The notes below the pieces were generated by a model. That model had not been told where the DNA came from. It saw only the letters and a list, made by a program, of their open reading frames with translations, and did not search any database. DNA of 64,000 nucleotides. It comes from Alphaproteobacteria bacterium. Its GTDB lineage: Bacteria; Pseudomonadota; Alphaproteobacteria; MPNO01. Positions 47,605 to 57,948 of the stretch are shown piece after piece (within the stretch, counting starts at the first letter, position 1; every line of letters begins with the position of its first letter). Location: the NCBI GenBank assembly GCA_965248835.1, contig CBDFLJ010000001.1, positions 1,312,001 to 1,376,000 on the forward strand. Direction: 5' to 3'. The translations under genes were made by a program, and so were the position numbers.

Positions 47605-49044
47605 TCAATGGACCGGCTCGGTTCGTTTCAACAGCGCGTCGATCGCCGCGACCTCGGGCGAGTCGGAATCCGCGTCCCGCCAGCCTTCGGCGGCACGGCG
47701 CAGATTGCCGGTCCCTTCTTCCAGCTTGCCGCCGCCGATCTGCGCCCGGCTCAGCCGAAACAGGTCGCGAACGGTCGGGCGCGGGTCGAGGCGGCTCCTC
47801 TGCAGATCCTCGGCCTCGGCGAACCGGTCGGTCCGCAAATATGCCTCGATCAGGGCGTCCCAATACACCTCGTGCTGAGCGTTGCTGCCGCCGACGCCTT
47901 GTATGCGCCCGATCGCCGGCGCCATCAGCCGGATGGTCGCGTCGTAGTCTCCGCGGGCGAACGCCCAGGCGCCTTCGACCAACGGAAGTCCCACCTCGAC
48001 CGCGGTCGTCCCGCCGCCCTTGTCCAGCTTCCCGAGACCGGCGGCCAGGCCGTTCTTTCCCGCCTCGTTACCGGCGCCGGCGAACGCGAGCGCGGCGTTC
48101 ATGCCATCCCATTCGCCCTGCGCGGGTCCGGCGATGCCGTTGGCCAGCGGCTGGAGTTCATCCCACTGCTCGGCGGTCGGCGCGTAGCCGTACACCATGC
48201 AGCGCCACAGGAACGAGGCCGAATTGTTGAGCGTGCTGCGGTGCTTGCAGACCGCGGGGCGAACCCCCGTCTCGTAGATCTCCATCGCCCGCGCGTGGTG
48301 TCCGCGCCCCAGCTCGAACAGCGTGAGATGCCACGACGTGTGCCCGAACATGGGCGCCCGTGAATCGAAGTCGCCAAGCCATGGGCCCAGAAAGGTCGCC
48401 CCCTTCTCATCATCCTTGGTGTCGGCATAGACATGGGCAAGCGTATGGGCGGCCCAGAGGTTCTTCGGGTTCAGCGCGAGCGAACGTTGCGCCGCGTCGA
48501 CCGCTTTTTCGTAATGACCGCATTCGCCCAGCGCGAAGCCGAGCTGGCCCGGAAACCACCAATCGTCGTCATAGTCTTCGGCGAACGCGTCGAGCAGCTC
48601 GAACTGCAATTGCTGGCGGTTTTCGCCTCCGCTGTAGAACAGGTAACGGTCGGCGCCCAACAAAATTAAAGCGTCGCGCGAGAATTCCGCGAGATGTTCC
48701 CGCATCAGCGCGAACGCGCGTGGTCCGTCGCCGTCGGCCAGGACCGCGATTGCCTCGACATGCTGCTTTTCGCGCCGGGTGACTTCGGTGGCCAGAGACC
48801 GCGCTAGATCGGCGGTCTCTTTCGCCTCGTCGCGTCGGCCGGTATCCCGCAGCACCACGGTCAGCGCGGCGGGGGCGAGGGCGAACCCGGGGTCTGCCGT
48901 CACCGCCTCCCTCAGCGCTGCCTCGCCGCCCGGGTTCCCGGACATGTAGAGGTCGACGCCGTCCTGATATTTTGCCGCGGCCTTGCCGTTGGCCGTGCTG
49001 ATGGTCAATCCGTGCCGATCCCGATGCATCGCGTTTCCGGTCAT
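47605..49044 (-). CDS. TTC38-like tetratricopeptide repeat protein
   Basis: DPGFALA, WAAHTLAHV, HTSWH, GGSNAQ. Confidence 0.8.
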   Translation of the reverse strand: MTGNAMHRDRHGLTISTANGKAAAKYQDGVDLYMSGNPGGEAALREAVTADPGFALAPAALTVVLRDTGRRDEAKETADLARSLATEVTRREKQHVEAIAVLADGDGPRAFALMREHLAEFSRDALILLGADRYLFYSGGENRQQLQFELLDAFAEDYDDDWWFPGQLGFALGECGHYEKAVDAAQRSLALNPKNLWAAHTLAHVYADTKDDEKGATFLGPWLGDFDSRAPMFGHTSWHLTLFELGRGHHARAMEIYETGVRPAVCKHRSTLNNSASFLWRCMVYGYAPTAEQWDELQPLANGIAGPAQGEWDGMNAALAFAGAGNEAGKNGLAAGLGKLDKGGGTTAVEVGLPLVEGAWAFARGDYDATIRLMAPAIGRIQGVGGSNAQHEVYWDALIEAYLRTDRFAEAEDLQRSRLDPRPTVRDLFRLSRAQIGGGKLEEGTGNLRRAAEGWRDADSDSPEVAAIDALLKRTEPVH

Positions 49045-49657
49045 ATCCTGCCTCCTTGCGGACCCCGATTTCGCAAACACTGGACGCCTGTCCGCCAACG
49101 TGCCGCGGATCGTGGCCGAGCAACTTTTCCGCCATGGCGGAAATCGTCAACCACGGTATCGGTTGAACCGCCGCGCCACAACAAAAGCAAGTGGCCTCGA
49201 TCGGGGGTCTCGACGGCAACGACGACGACAAGGGAGCCGGTCGCCGGTCCCGTCCGCCGGCATCGGCGCGCCGCCCCATTCCTCACCCAGGGAGCTGCCG
49301 CACGCAGCATGACAGCGCACGACCGCGGCCAGGCCAGGTCGGCGGCAAGCTGTGCGCGCCGTGCGGTCGGAGATCGAATCATTGCAGCCGTTTCGCGACC
49401 GGTGGGTTGACGAACACGGCGGCGGCAACCGGACCGCGTCACGCCGTTCGAGCTGGACGACGAAGAACCGAGGTCATTCGGTGAGAGCTCGCCGGTGCCG
49501 TCTGATCAAGCGCATCGCATCCCCGGCGCGTCATGTCCGGAGGTCGAGCCCGTCGGGCACTCATGGTTGATGCCGGGTCAAATAGGGTGTCAAATATTCC
49601 TTGAATGACAAACCTGAGGAATTGCGGTCGCGGCCGCTTCATGGGCGGAGGACACCA

Positions 49658-50569
49658 ATGACCACGCTGAGGAAAATCGAATACGGCGCGCCGACCGACA
49701 AGAGTGCGGATACGGTGCGGCTCGGTATCGAAAAGGGCATCTTCGAGGAAGAGGGGCTGGACCTGTCGGTGACGGTCGTGTTCGGCGGCCCGGAGATCGC
49801 GGCGGCCTATGAATCGGGCGCGCTGCGGATCGGCGAAATCGGATCCCCGCCGGCGATCAACGCGATCGCGGCGGGCAAATCATTCAAAATCATCGCCAGC
49901 GGGTGCCGCCAGCGGGCACACATGTTCTTCGGCGTCCGCAAGGGGATAGATTCGTTCGAGCAACTGAAAGGCAAGCGGCTGGGTCTCCTGGGCATCGGCA
50001 GCTGCCCCGACTGGATCGCGCGCAAGATCCTCAAGAGGCACGGGCTGGAGCCCGGCCGGGACGTCACCTTCGTGCCGCTGCTGGACCAGTACCCCCGTAT
50101 CATCGACATTATGGAGGAAGGCCGCATCGACGCCTGTCTCGCCGTCGAGCCCAACCTGTCGATCGGTGAAGAGAGGGGCCTGCTGGATGTCTGGGCGGCG
50201 GGTTTCGACGAGCCCTACCTGCCGCACTATCAGTGGATCGTCCGTGTCGCCCGCAACGACCTGATCGAAAGCGATCCGGAGCTGGTTGCGGCGGTCATGC
50301 GCGGCTGCCGCCGGTCGGCCCATTACGCCGCCCGACACGTCGACGAGTGGGTGGCGTTCGCGGCGCGGCAGTTCGGCGCCAGCCATGCGGCGGCGCGGCG
50401 CGCGATCGAGCGCGAGCTGCCCCATTTCCACCTCGATTGCCAGATCGACATGTCGGGGCTGCAGGTCGCGGTCGACATGCAGCACGAGCTGGGCGGGATC
50501 GCGCGGCCCATGAAGGCGAAAGATTTCGTCGACCTGCGATTCCAGCCCGACCTGTCGATCGCCGCCTGA
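49658..50569 (+). CDS. NMT1/SsuA-like binding-fold protein, orphan, no signal peptide
   Basis: EKGIFEEEGLD, LKGKRLG; GGAGG RBS. Confidence 0.8.
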   Translation: MTTLRKIEYGAPTDKSADTVRLGIEKGIFEEEGLDLSVTVVFGGPEIAAAYESGALRIGEIGSPPAINAIAAGKSFKIIASGCRQRAHMFFGVRKGIDSFEQLKGKRLGLLGIGSCPDWIARKILKRHGLEPGRDVTFVPLLDQYPRIIDIMEEGRIDACLAVEPNLSIGEERGLLDVWAAGFDEPYLPHYQWIVRVARNDLIESDPELVAAVMRGCRRSAHYAARHVDEWVAFAARQFGASHAAARRAIERELPHFHLDCQIDMSGLQVAVDMQHELGGIARPMKAKDFVDLRFQPDLSIAA

Positions 50570-50590
50570 TCCGGAACCGCGATGGCCTCC

Positions 50591-50657
50591 GCTGTGGGTA
50601 AGCGGCTTGTCGCCGCCAGACTCTCGGCGGTCGCGGCGACAAGCCGCTTACCACAGC
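50591..50657. repeat. REP-doublet-like inverted repeat
   Basis: 25-bp arms GCTGTGG(G)TAAGCGGCTTGTCGCCGC, each with an internal GCGGC/GCCGC hairpin. Confidence 0.7.
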
Positions 50658-50789
50658 TGCCAGAGGCTCCAACAACTCTTACACCACGCCTGGGGACACA
50701 ACCGAGAGGATGGCAATCGGGCGGGTAGGAACCGGAGAGGAGCGAGGAAGGACTGAGGGTAGGAATCGGGCGTTTGCGCCCTGGTAACG

Positions 50790-50814
50790 AAAAAAGCCGC
50801 CCCAGGGGGACGGC
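50790..50814 (-). terminator. Intrinsic terminator of RES-Xre operon
   Basis: GC-rich hairpin GCCGTCCC..GGGGCGGC followed by T6 on minus strand. Confidence 0.75.
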
Positions 50815-50855
50815 ATTTGGGTAATGGCGCGGGTTACTGAAGCGTTACGAGCCCA

Positions 50856-51548
50856 TCATGTGTAGGCTTCTTCAAACTCGATCTCCGGCTCGGGCGATCC
50901 CGTCCAGGTGAAACGGTAGCGCGCTCTCTTGCGAATGTTGCCGACGAGCGCGGGGCGGAAACATGCGAGGCAGACGCCGGCGTTGTGGCGCACGCTGGGA
51001 TAAATGATCCCGGACGACCGCTCTCCTAGAAGGGTCTCGGCGAGCAACTGGGATTCGACGTAGCTGTTCGGGTCGAGGCATTTTTGGTAGGCCGCATCTC
51101 CCCGAATGTCGTGATACTCCCCGCCGAAGTCCGCGAGATAGTCGTCGTAGGTGACGCTTTCCTCCAACCAGTCGATTTCAGCGAGTTCGACCGACTTGTG
51201 CCAAGCGGCCTCGGCTTGCGACGTCTCGAGCTCGAAACCCGCATACCAGGCGCCGCGATCCGGCCCGTTGAACCGGCTGCCGAGAGGATGGGCATGCGAA
51301 AAGGCGGCGTTGATGATGCGGAAACAGGGAATGCCGAATACCAGCTCATCGATGCCGATGCCCGGCAGCCGATCGTTCTCGGCGAGCACGCGGTCATTGG
51401 TCGCGTGGTCCAGATCGACGATGCCACGAAGGTGGTCGTCATCGTCGGCGATCCGGACGAGCACGCTTTCCCCACCCTCACTGTACTTCCAGGGAATGAG
51501 CCGGTGCGCGTCGAGCTGCCGAATGCGTGAAACGGCGGGACTGGTCAA
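50856..51548 (-). CDS. RES domain toxin (NAD+ phosphorylase type)
   Basis: HRLI, SRFNGPDRGAWY, AE, SYVESQ, YPSVRH. Confidence 0.88.
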   Translation of the reverse strand: MTSPAVSRIRQLDAHRLIPWKYSEGGESVLVRIADDDDHLRGIVDLDHATNDRVLAENDRLPGIGIDELVFGIPCFRIINAAFSHAHPLGSRFNGPDRGAWYAGFELETSQAEAAWHKSVELAEIDWLEESVTYDDYLADFGGEYHDIRGDAAYQKCLDPNSYVESQLLAETLLGERSSGIIYPSVRHNAGVCLACFRPALVGNIRKRARYRFTWTGSPEPEIEFEEAYT

Positions 51549-51982
51549 TGACCGCTCCGCCGTGCATCCAGAAGTTTGCGTACCGTCGCGAATGCCGGCA
51601 AGCCGCCCTGCATGAGATACTCATGTGGCGTCATCCCGCCGAAAATCCGGTTCTTGTTCGGCAGTTGCATCCAGCGGTCCGCCAACTCCTCGCTGTAGAG
51701 AATGTTCAGCGCCTTGAAGATGCCCACGAGATAGGAGATCCGGCGAAGCTTGTCCTCGTCGAGCGCGCGATCGCCTCCCTTCTTCAGAGCGTAATAGGCG
51801 CCGTTCGAGATTCCTCCGAGCAGCGGGCGAGCATCGTCGTCACGAATCTCCCAGCGCGCCATGATATTGAAGAAGGCGCGCACGGCGTCCGAGCTGAGCC
51901 GCTCGCGCTCCGTTCGATCGGATAGATCGATCAGGGGTGCGACCTCGTAGCGGGTGGCAGGATAGGCTCGAGTGAGGGGCAT
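51545..51982 (-). CDS. Xre/MbcA/ParS antitoxin
   Basis: RISYLVGIFKAL, W...PN..FGG.TP, VRKLLDA; overlaps RES gene. Confidence 0.88.
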   Translation of the reverse strand: MPLTRAYPATRYEVAPLIDLSDRTERERLSSDAVRAFFNIMARWEIRDDDARPLLGGISNGAYYALKKGGDRALDEDKLRRISYLVGIFKALNILYSEELADRWMQLPNKNRIFGGMTPHEYLMQGGLPAFATVRKLLDARRSGH

Positions 51983-51996
51983 GGCCTGCTCCACTT

Positions 51997-52025
51997 ATGG
52001 AGTAAAAATAACTCCATTTTTGGAG
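51997..52025. promoter_or_regulatory. Palindromic operator(s) upstream of the antitoxin
   Basis: ATGGAGT-N7-ACTCCAT and overlapping CTCCA-TTTT-TGGAG. Confidence 0.6.
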
Positions 52026-52110
52026 AATTACAAGCCTGCTGATGCGACCAGAAAAAGCCCGAAGAATCTCGGAGTTAGCGACTATTCTCCGGATTGGGAG
52101 GCAGATGCCC

Positions 52111-52308
52111 TCAGAGCGAGAACCGGCAGCGGCCGTGTTGCTCCTCGATGAAATCACGCCGATCCGAACGCTTGGAGAACGCCTTGGCGAGCGTATTGAC
52201 GCTGTCACTATACCCGGCGGCCTCCAGCACTTCCGCGGTCGACCGCTCGGGCTGGCCCGATTGCCACGCCTCGAACGGCTGGCGAATGACGGCCCGCTGC
52301 TTCGAGCC
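52111..52308 (-). pseudogene. C-terminal fragment of a hypothetical island protein
   Basis: Start-less frame GSKQRAVIRQPFEAWQSG..AEVLEAAGYSDSVNTLAKAFS..*; family recognition from memory only. Confidence 0.3.
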
Positions 52309-52455
52309 GGTCGCCGAACGGCCGATCCACCCGACAGGATCACGTCAATCGGAATACGCGATTGAGCGCAAGCCACAGCTCACCAGCCGGTCAAAGCTGT
52401 AGCCTGCGGGCCGCGAAACCGCTCCAATGGCGGTCAATGTCGGAAGGGAGCGGCG

Positions 52456-53253
52456 ATGCTGGAGCTCTATCACAACAACATCTCGGTCTGCTCGCAGAAG
52501 GTCCGCCACGCGTTGGCGGAGAAAGGGCTGGACTGGGCCGGCCACCACGTCCGGCTGATCAGCGGCGATCAGACGGCACCGGACTACCTCAAGCTCAACC
52601 CCAAGGCGCTGGTGCCGACCCTGGTGCACGACGGCGTCCCGATCATCGAATCGACGGTGATCAACGAATACCTCGACGAGGCGTTCGCCGCACCGCCGCT
52701 CAAGCCGGCCGATGCGCGCGGCAGGGCGCGCATGCGGTTGTGGACCAAGGTGCCCGACGAGGGCATCCATGTCGCCTGCGCCTCGGTGAGCTTCGCCGCG
52801 GCGTTCGCCAAGCAGCTTCAAACCGAGTTCACGCCCGCGGCGATGGAGGAGAGGCTCGCCGGCATGCCCGACCAGGCGCGTGCCGGGCGCCAGCGTGCAA
52901 TCATGGAGCACGGCTTCAATGCGCCGTTCGTCAAGGACGCGATCCTGCTGTTTGACAAGACATACCAGGCGATGGAAGAGGCGCTCGGCGACGGGCCCTG
53001 GCTTGCCGGGCAAAGCTTCAGCCTGGCCGACATAGCGCTGACGCCCTATCTCGACCGTCTGAACCGTCTCGGGCTGTCGCCGATGTGGACCCGGGCACGG
53101 CCGCTTCTCACCGACTGGTTCGCCCGCATCCGCGCCCGGCCGAGCTACGATCAGGCCTACACGTCCTATCGCCCGGTCGACTACGACGACCTGCTGATCG
53201 AGCGCGGCGCGACCGCCTGGCCCGAAGTCGAGGCCCTGCTGGCCGAAGCATGA
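52456..53253 (+). CDS. Glutathione S-transferase family protein
   Basis: SVCSQKVR..L.EK, LNPKALVP, ESTVINEYLD, FSLADI. Confidence 0.92.
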   Translation: MLELYHNNISVCSQKVRHALAEKGLDWAGHHVRLISGDQTAPDYLKLNPKALVPTLVHDGVPIIESTVINEYLDEAFAAPPLKPADARGRARMRLWTKVPDEGIHVACASVSFAAAFAKQLQTEFTPAAMEERLAGMPDQARAGRQRAIMEHGFNAPFVKDAILLFDKTYQAMEEALGDGPWLAGQSFSLADIALTPYLDRLNRLGLSPMWTRARPLLTDWFARIRARPSYDQAYTSYRPVDYDDLLIERGATAWPEVEALLAEA

Positions 53254-53424
53254 CGGGGTGGGGGTTCACGCCCGGCCAAGCGCCGAGAGCACCTCTTCGC
53301 GGGTGATCGGCATCGAGGCCGGAGCGGGGCGGTGTCAAAGCGAACGGACTCGAGCCGGGAACAGAGGTCTCGCCGCCTCCGCCGTTGTATCGCTTGGCGG
53401 CCCCCGCCTCGAGGCAGGACGCGA

Positions 53425-54027
53425 TCAATTCAGCGGAATGTCGTTCGCGGATTTCGACTGCTGATAGGTTTCCGACAGCGCCGCAAAGGCCGCCTTGATC
53501 CGCCCGATCTGTTGGCGGAGCCGCTTAGCCTGCGCATCGGGGGAGGCTGCGGCCATCTCGTTCAGATCATGACAGTGCCAAAAGGCGTTCCGGTGCGCGT
53601 AGGTGCCGTCAGGCCGCTTGAATACATCCTGCAGGATTTTCAGATTATGCGGAATGTGAAACGTGTCCCGGGTCTCGGCGTAATCGAACAGATAGTAGAA
53701 ATTGTCGAACCCCGCCCAGGTGATCGCCGACAGGCACATGGGACAGGATTCGTGGACGGTCAGAAAAAAACACGCGCTGGTTTTTGGCCGATCCGCCGCC
53801 GGCAGGCCGTAAAACGCATTCAGAGTCATAATCTCACCATGGAACAGGGGGTTCCTGGTTTCTCGATTGGCGTCCGCTATGACCAGCGACAAATCGGACT
53901 TGCGCAGGATCGCCGCGCCGAAGGCCTTGTTGCCTTCCGCGACCCCGGCCCGTGTTTTCGGCAGAATATCGTGCTCGATGACATCGAGAAGCCGCTTGCA
54001 CAAATCCGTTTGCGCTGCCTCTTGCAT
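53425..54027 (-). CDS. Nucleoside/nucleobase deaminase (CDA fold)
   Basis: FGAAIL, HGE, HESCPMC zinc motif. Confidence 0.87.
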   Translation of the reverse strand: MQEAAQTDLCKRLLDVIEHDILPKTRAGVAEGNKAFGAAILRKSDLSLVIADANRETRNPLFHGEIMTLNAFYGLPAADRPKTSACFFLTVHESCPMCLSAITWAGFDNFYYLFDYAETRDTFHIPHNLKILQDVFKRPDGTYAHRNAFWHCHDLNEMAAASPDAQAKRLRQQIGRIKAAFAALSETYQQSKSANDIPLN

Positions 54028-54320
54028 CCGAGAACGCGATCCTGCCGATTTCCCCGATTCGCCCGCCATCTTACCGGGCGAAGTCGCGGCTTTGCAGAAA
54101 AATCCGGCAGGGGCGCATCCTCGCCGAGCGTTCACCAGCCGTTGCCGGCTGCCGCCGGCCCCGGCAGGAGGCAGCCGGCATCGGCTGGTAGGCGCGCCAT
54201 TCCAGTGGGTCGCATGGTCCGGCACCGTTTCCAGCGTCCTCCTCGCCACCGCGGCGATCTTGTCGTCGCCGATCTTGCGCGTCGCGCCCGCGATCTCGAA
54301 GCGCCCGTCCGGGTGCGGCC

Positions 54321-54412
54321 TTGGTTCTGAGCGATGAAGAACGGTCTTTTCTCGAGAGTCAGGCCCGCCGCCGCCAGATCGCGCGGGTAGTGTCCAGTAT
54401 CTTTCACACTTT
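54321..54412. mobile_element. IS630-like transposase N-terminal scrap abutting an IS256-like terminal sequence
   Basis: LVLSDEERSFLESQARRRQIAR then TAGTGTCCAGTATCTTTCACACTTT (54388-54412). Confidence 0.5.
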
Positions 54413-54534
54413 CATGTTCGCCGACCCCATCCGTGTGGCGGACATGGAAAGAACATCATCGCTGGCAAACACCCGCCGGCAGGCGCCGTTCACGAATGAG
54501 GCGACGCCGGACGAGTGCTGGCGTTGGGTAAGAG

Positions 54535-55494
54535 CTAGTCCTTCGCCTTGTGTGCTTCGACGAGAAACAGAATCTTTGCGGCAGCCAAATGGAGAGCGTA
54601 GGCAGCTACGTAGTCGGGAGTCTCGCGCGGCGTTGCTCCTTGTCCGTGCGCACCCTCTTCGTTTCTCACTTTAGGAAGTCCGGATTTAAGCGTGGCAGCC
54701 AATTGGTCGAACGAATTATCGAGATAGGGAGGTAAAAGGCCCTCCTCGCGCACTTTTTTGAGAAGGTCCGACGCTCCGACGCCCTGCGGGTATTGCCAAA
54801 GCCTTTGATCACAAATCGCTTTTAACGTGCTTTCGAATGCGTTGTTGGCGTCCGTGATGGCGTCCTTCATTTCTCCAGATCGGTAGTGGGCATGCGCCCT
54901 CATGAATTCGTCACGCGGTCCCTCAAAGCCCGGTTGGTGCAGATATCGAAGCGCAGGCCGTACGACTTCGGAATGGATCAGCTCCGAGTCGACACGGAAT
55001 ATCTTTCCGTTGTCAAACTGATACCCCACGCCGGCACGTCGAAAACGCTCGTTAAGCTCTTCGATCGCCTCGCTCGCCTCAACCTTTATGCCACGCTTCC
55101 GGCGATCGTTGTGGTTGAAATCCCGTGCAATCTTGTCAATGTAAAAAAAGCTGGTTTCGATGAGATCAAGGGCGTTGTACACGGACTCACTTTTGAGAAG
55201 ATAGGTCTCGCAATGGTGTTTGAAATTGGGTTGTCCGATACCGTGCCCATCGGCCAGATCGAGTACACCATGTTCCCGTGCTACGATGTCGTGGATTAAA
55301 CTCCAACCCTCATTGTTCTCGATTATGTCCTCGAAGTAGTGGTGGGAAAATACGTCAAACGTACCGATAGCATCACTCCAGATATGGATGATCCGGACAC
55401 GGAGCGTTTCGGGAAGTTCGTCGTAGACTAGGACATCAGGCGTCTCGCCCTCAGCGACGCGTTTGCGGTAGGAAAAGAGGTTGAACACTGGCAC
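54535..55494 (-). CDS. Abortive-infection-like protein (STM4504/CBY_0614-like, Abi C-terminal type)
   Basis: ELNERFRRAGVGYQF, AFESTLK.IC, HEPN-like RNEEGAHGQG; visibly lower GC. Confidence 0.75.
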   Translation of the reverse strand: MPVFNLFSYRKRVAEGETPDVLVYDELPETLRVRIIHIWSDAIGTFDVFSHHYFEDIIENNEGWSLIHDIVAREHGVLDLADGHGIGQPNFKHHCETYLLKSESVYNALDLIETSFFYIDKIARDFNHNDRRKRGIKVEASEAIEELNERFRRAGVGYQFDNGKIFRVDSELIHSEVVRPALRYLHQPGFEGPRDEFMRAHAHYRSGEMKDAITDANNAFESTLKAICDQRLWQYPQGVGASDLLKKVREEGLLPPYLDNSFDQLAATLKSGLPKVRNEEGAHGQGATPRETPDYVAAYALHLAAAKILFLVEAHKAKD

Positions 55495-55500
55495 TTCTAA

Positions 55501-57114
55501 CCTGACTTATTCATCGGGGGCGGCGTTTATCGGTTGATTTTATCTGGACGCAGGTTTGCGTTCGGCGCCTTGGGGCGTCGGTATTTGAGGTTGGTGGTGT
55601 CGGGGTTTGGGGTTGAAGGCACTCGGGTTCGCGGGGCACGGCGCCCCGGCGGTCAGGGTCCCGAGGCCGCGAGGCGGCCCGCCAGCATGCGGAACAGGGC
55701 GGCGTCCGGACAGGCCGAAGCGAAGTGGATGCGGATGCGGGCGGCCCGTTCGACGACGCGGGCGCCGATCTTGAGCAGGCTCTTCCTGAGGGTTGCGAAC
55801 TCGGCCCGGGCGAGCGGCATCCTGCGGGGCACGGCATCGCGCAGGGCGAGCATCAGCCAGTAGGCCGCGGTGTGCAGGACCAGCCTGAACTGGTTGGCGA
55901 GCGGGCTCTGGCAGGAGGTGCGGTCGGAGGCGAGCTGGCCCTTGTGCAGCTTGATCAGGTTTTCGGCCTGGCCGCGGGCGCAGTAGATACCTTCGTAGAG
56001 ATGGCGGGGCTCGCCGGCGAGCGAGGTGACGATGTAGCGGGCGTCGAAGCCGCGCGCGGTGGCCTCCAGCCGGGCGACGACCCGGCGTTCGCGGTTCCAG
56101 GAGCGGGCGGCGTAGGCGAAGGCGGCGAAGGTCCGCATCTTTTCGACACCGGCCTCGGCAAGGTGCACCTTGAGGTCGTCGGCCACCTCGTATGCGTGGG
56201 CGTGCAGCACCCGATTGCCCGGCAGGCCGAAGATATAGTCGACGCCGTTGTCCTCGCACCAGGCCATGGCCTGCGTCCGGCCATAGTGGGAATCTCCCCG
56301 GAAGGTGAGCCGGGTGCGCGGCCAGTGCCGGCGGATGCGGCGGACCAGATGCTTGAGAAGGGTGCGGACCTCGACACCGGACGGCGTCTTGCCCGGGCGC
56401 AGGAGAACCGCCACCGGCTTGCCGCTCTCCACATGGTAGACGTGCACGGGCAGGAAGCAGCGGGTGTCGTAATGGGCGTTGAACAGCGACAGCTGCTGGT
56501 GGCCGTGCACCGGGTCGCAGGTGTCGTCGATGTCGAGGGTGATCGCCGCGGGAGGGGTCGGGAAGCTGCGGCAGAAGATGTCGACCAGGGCGGCCGTCAT
56601 GCGCGCCACCTCAAGCCGCGAGGGGGCGTTCTCCAGCCGGCTCATGGTGGGCTGCGAGCACAGCGGGCGGCCGCTCTCCGGCGCCTGGCCCACGGCCAGC
56701 TTGAACAGGGGATCGGTGCGCAGGGCGTCGCAGTCGTCGGCATCCTCGTATCCGCAGGCGATCGCGAACATGCGCAAGCGCAGCATCGCCGACAGCGTGT
56801 GGACCACCAGCGCCGGGTCGCGCCCGTCCCGGATGCAGCCCGCCAGCGTCTCGGCCAGGCCGAGCCGGCGTTCCGCCTCGCGCAACAAAACCAGGCCGCC
56901 GTCCGAGGAGATCAGGCCGCCGTCGAAATCGGCGGTCACCTTCTTGCGTCGGACGGCTGGCAGATCGAACGAGAGAACGGTATCTTCGGTCATGGCGGCG
57001 TGGCGCTTTCGTTGCCTGGGAAGAAAGACGCTTTGACAACGAATTTCTACCCGACGACAACGACTTACGCCACGTCCGCCACCGCAACATCAGGCCCGGC
57101 ATGAATAATGGGGG
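55501..57114 (-). mobile_element. Complete IS1380-family element (1614 bp)
   Basis: Imperfect 14-bp IRs CCTGACTTATTCAT / CCCCCATTATTCAT; 4-bp target duplication CTAA at 55497-55500 and 57115-57118. Confidence 0.9.
55653..56993 (-). CDS. IS1380 family transposase
   Basis: SSDGG, GYEDADD, SQPTMSRLEN, LDID, RGDS, RGQAENLIK. Confidence 0.95.
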   Translation of the reverse strand: MTEDTVLSFDLPAVRRKKVTADFDGGLISSDGGLVLLREAERRLGLAETLAGCIRDGRDPALVVHTLSAMLRLRMFAIACGYEDADDCDALRTDPLFKLAVGQAPESGRPLCSQPTMSRLENAPSRLEVARMTAALVDIFCRSFPTPPAAITLDIDDTCDPVHGHQQLSLFNAHYDTRCFLPVHVYHVESGKPVAVLLRPGKTPSGVEVRTLLKHLVRRIRRHWPRTRLTFRGDSHYGRTQAMAWCEDNGVDYIFGLPGNRVLHAHAYEVADDLKVHLAEAGVEKMRTFAAFAYAARSWNRERRVVARLEATARGFDARYIVTSLAGEPRHLYEGIYCARGQAENLIKLHKGQLASDRTSCQSPLANQFRLVLHTAAYWLMLALRDAVPRRMPLARAEFATLRKSLLKIGARVVERAARIRIHFASACPDAALFRMLAGRLAASGP

Positions 57115-57734
57115 CTAAATCCTCGACCAATGGGAGAGACCGATGCCCGACTAACGGGCTCTACTCTCCGTAGCTCCTTGGAGCGGGATCAAGGCACCGC
57201 CGCTGGCGCGTGATGGGCGTAGCTGAAGCAATGGCCAACAAGATAAGGCCGTAGGCCTAGAATCGTCAATTTCTAGCAGCGTCCGGCGAGGTGCCGTGTT
57301 GTGAATCGGATATCGGCGATATCATACGGTCATGGACTGGTATGCCCTTGATGCCGATGCGGTTGATCCCCGGGATCGACGCTGCGGCTCGCCTTGACAG
57401 TCTGAACGGGGGCCACATAGGGTTTTCCCACTGACTCGAGACAATCGATACATCTCGACGGCAAAACCGGGGGGGACACCAGATGATCCAACTCAAACAG
57501 ACGGCGCTTGCGGTCACGGCGGTGCTGGCGCTTCCGGTTCCACGAACCGGCCCGATAGCTAAGGCGCACCACTCCTGAAAGGCTTGGGAACCTCGCCAGG
57601 CGGCTCAAGCCGATTTACTCTGACAACGCCCCTCAGAAAAATCCCTCGGCAGAACGGCTCATGCCGGGGAGAGACTACCGGACAGGCGGCGGAAAGTGAG
57701 AACACCTCAGCCGTATAATCGGGACGATCGTCTG

Positions 57735-57791
57735 TTGACATCGGGTTTGCCAGCGACCATATTTTTAGCACTCGCCAGGATCGAGTGCTAA
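57735..57791 (+). promoter_or_regulatory. Heat-shock promoter and CIRCE (HrcA operator)
   Basis: TTGACA(57735)..CCATAT; perfect TTAGCACTC-N9-GAGTGCTAA at 57765-57791. Confidence 0.93.
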
Positions 57792-57948
57792 TCGACTGGC
57801 GCACTCGCAACTGGTGGATCGCTCAAACGGATATTTTGCGACCCGCGATCGCGGAGCCACCCATGACGGTCTGGCTCGGCACCGGCTCGTTATCAACCTG
57901 CCCGCCGCGGCGGGCTACCGACAATCACCGACAACAGGAGATGGTTTC

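Noticed and set aside
54144-54179. GCCGGCTGCC/GGCAGCCGGC hairpin
   Set aside because: Short GC-rich inverted repeat with no further support
57125-57730. Short ORFs between IS1380 and groES
   Set aside because: No recognisable motifs, RBS or codon bias
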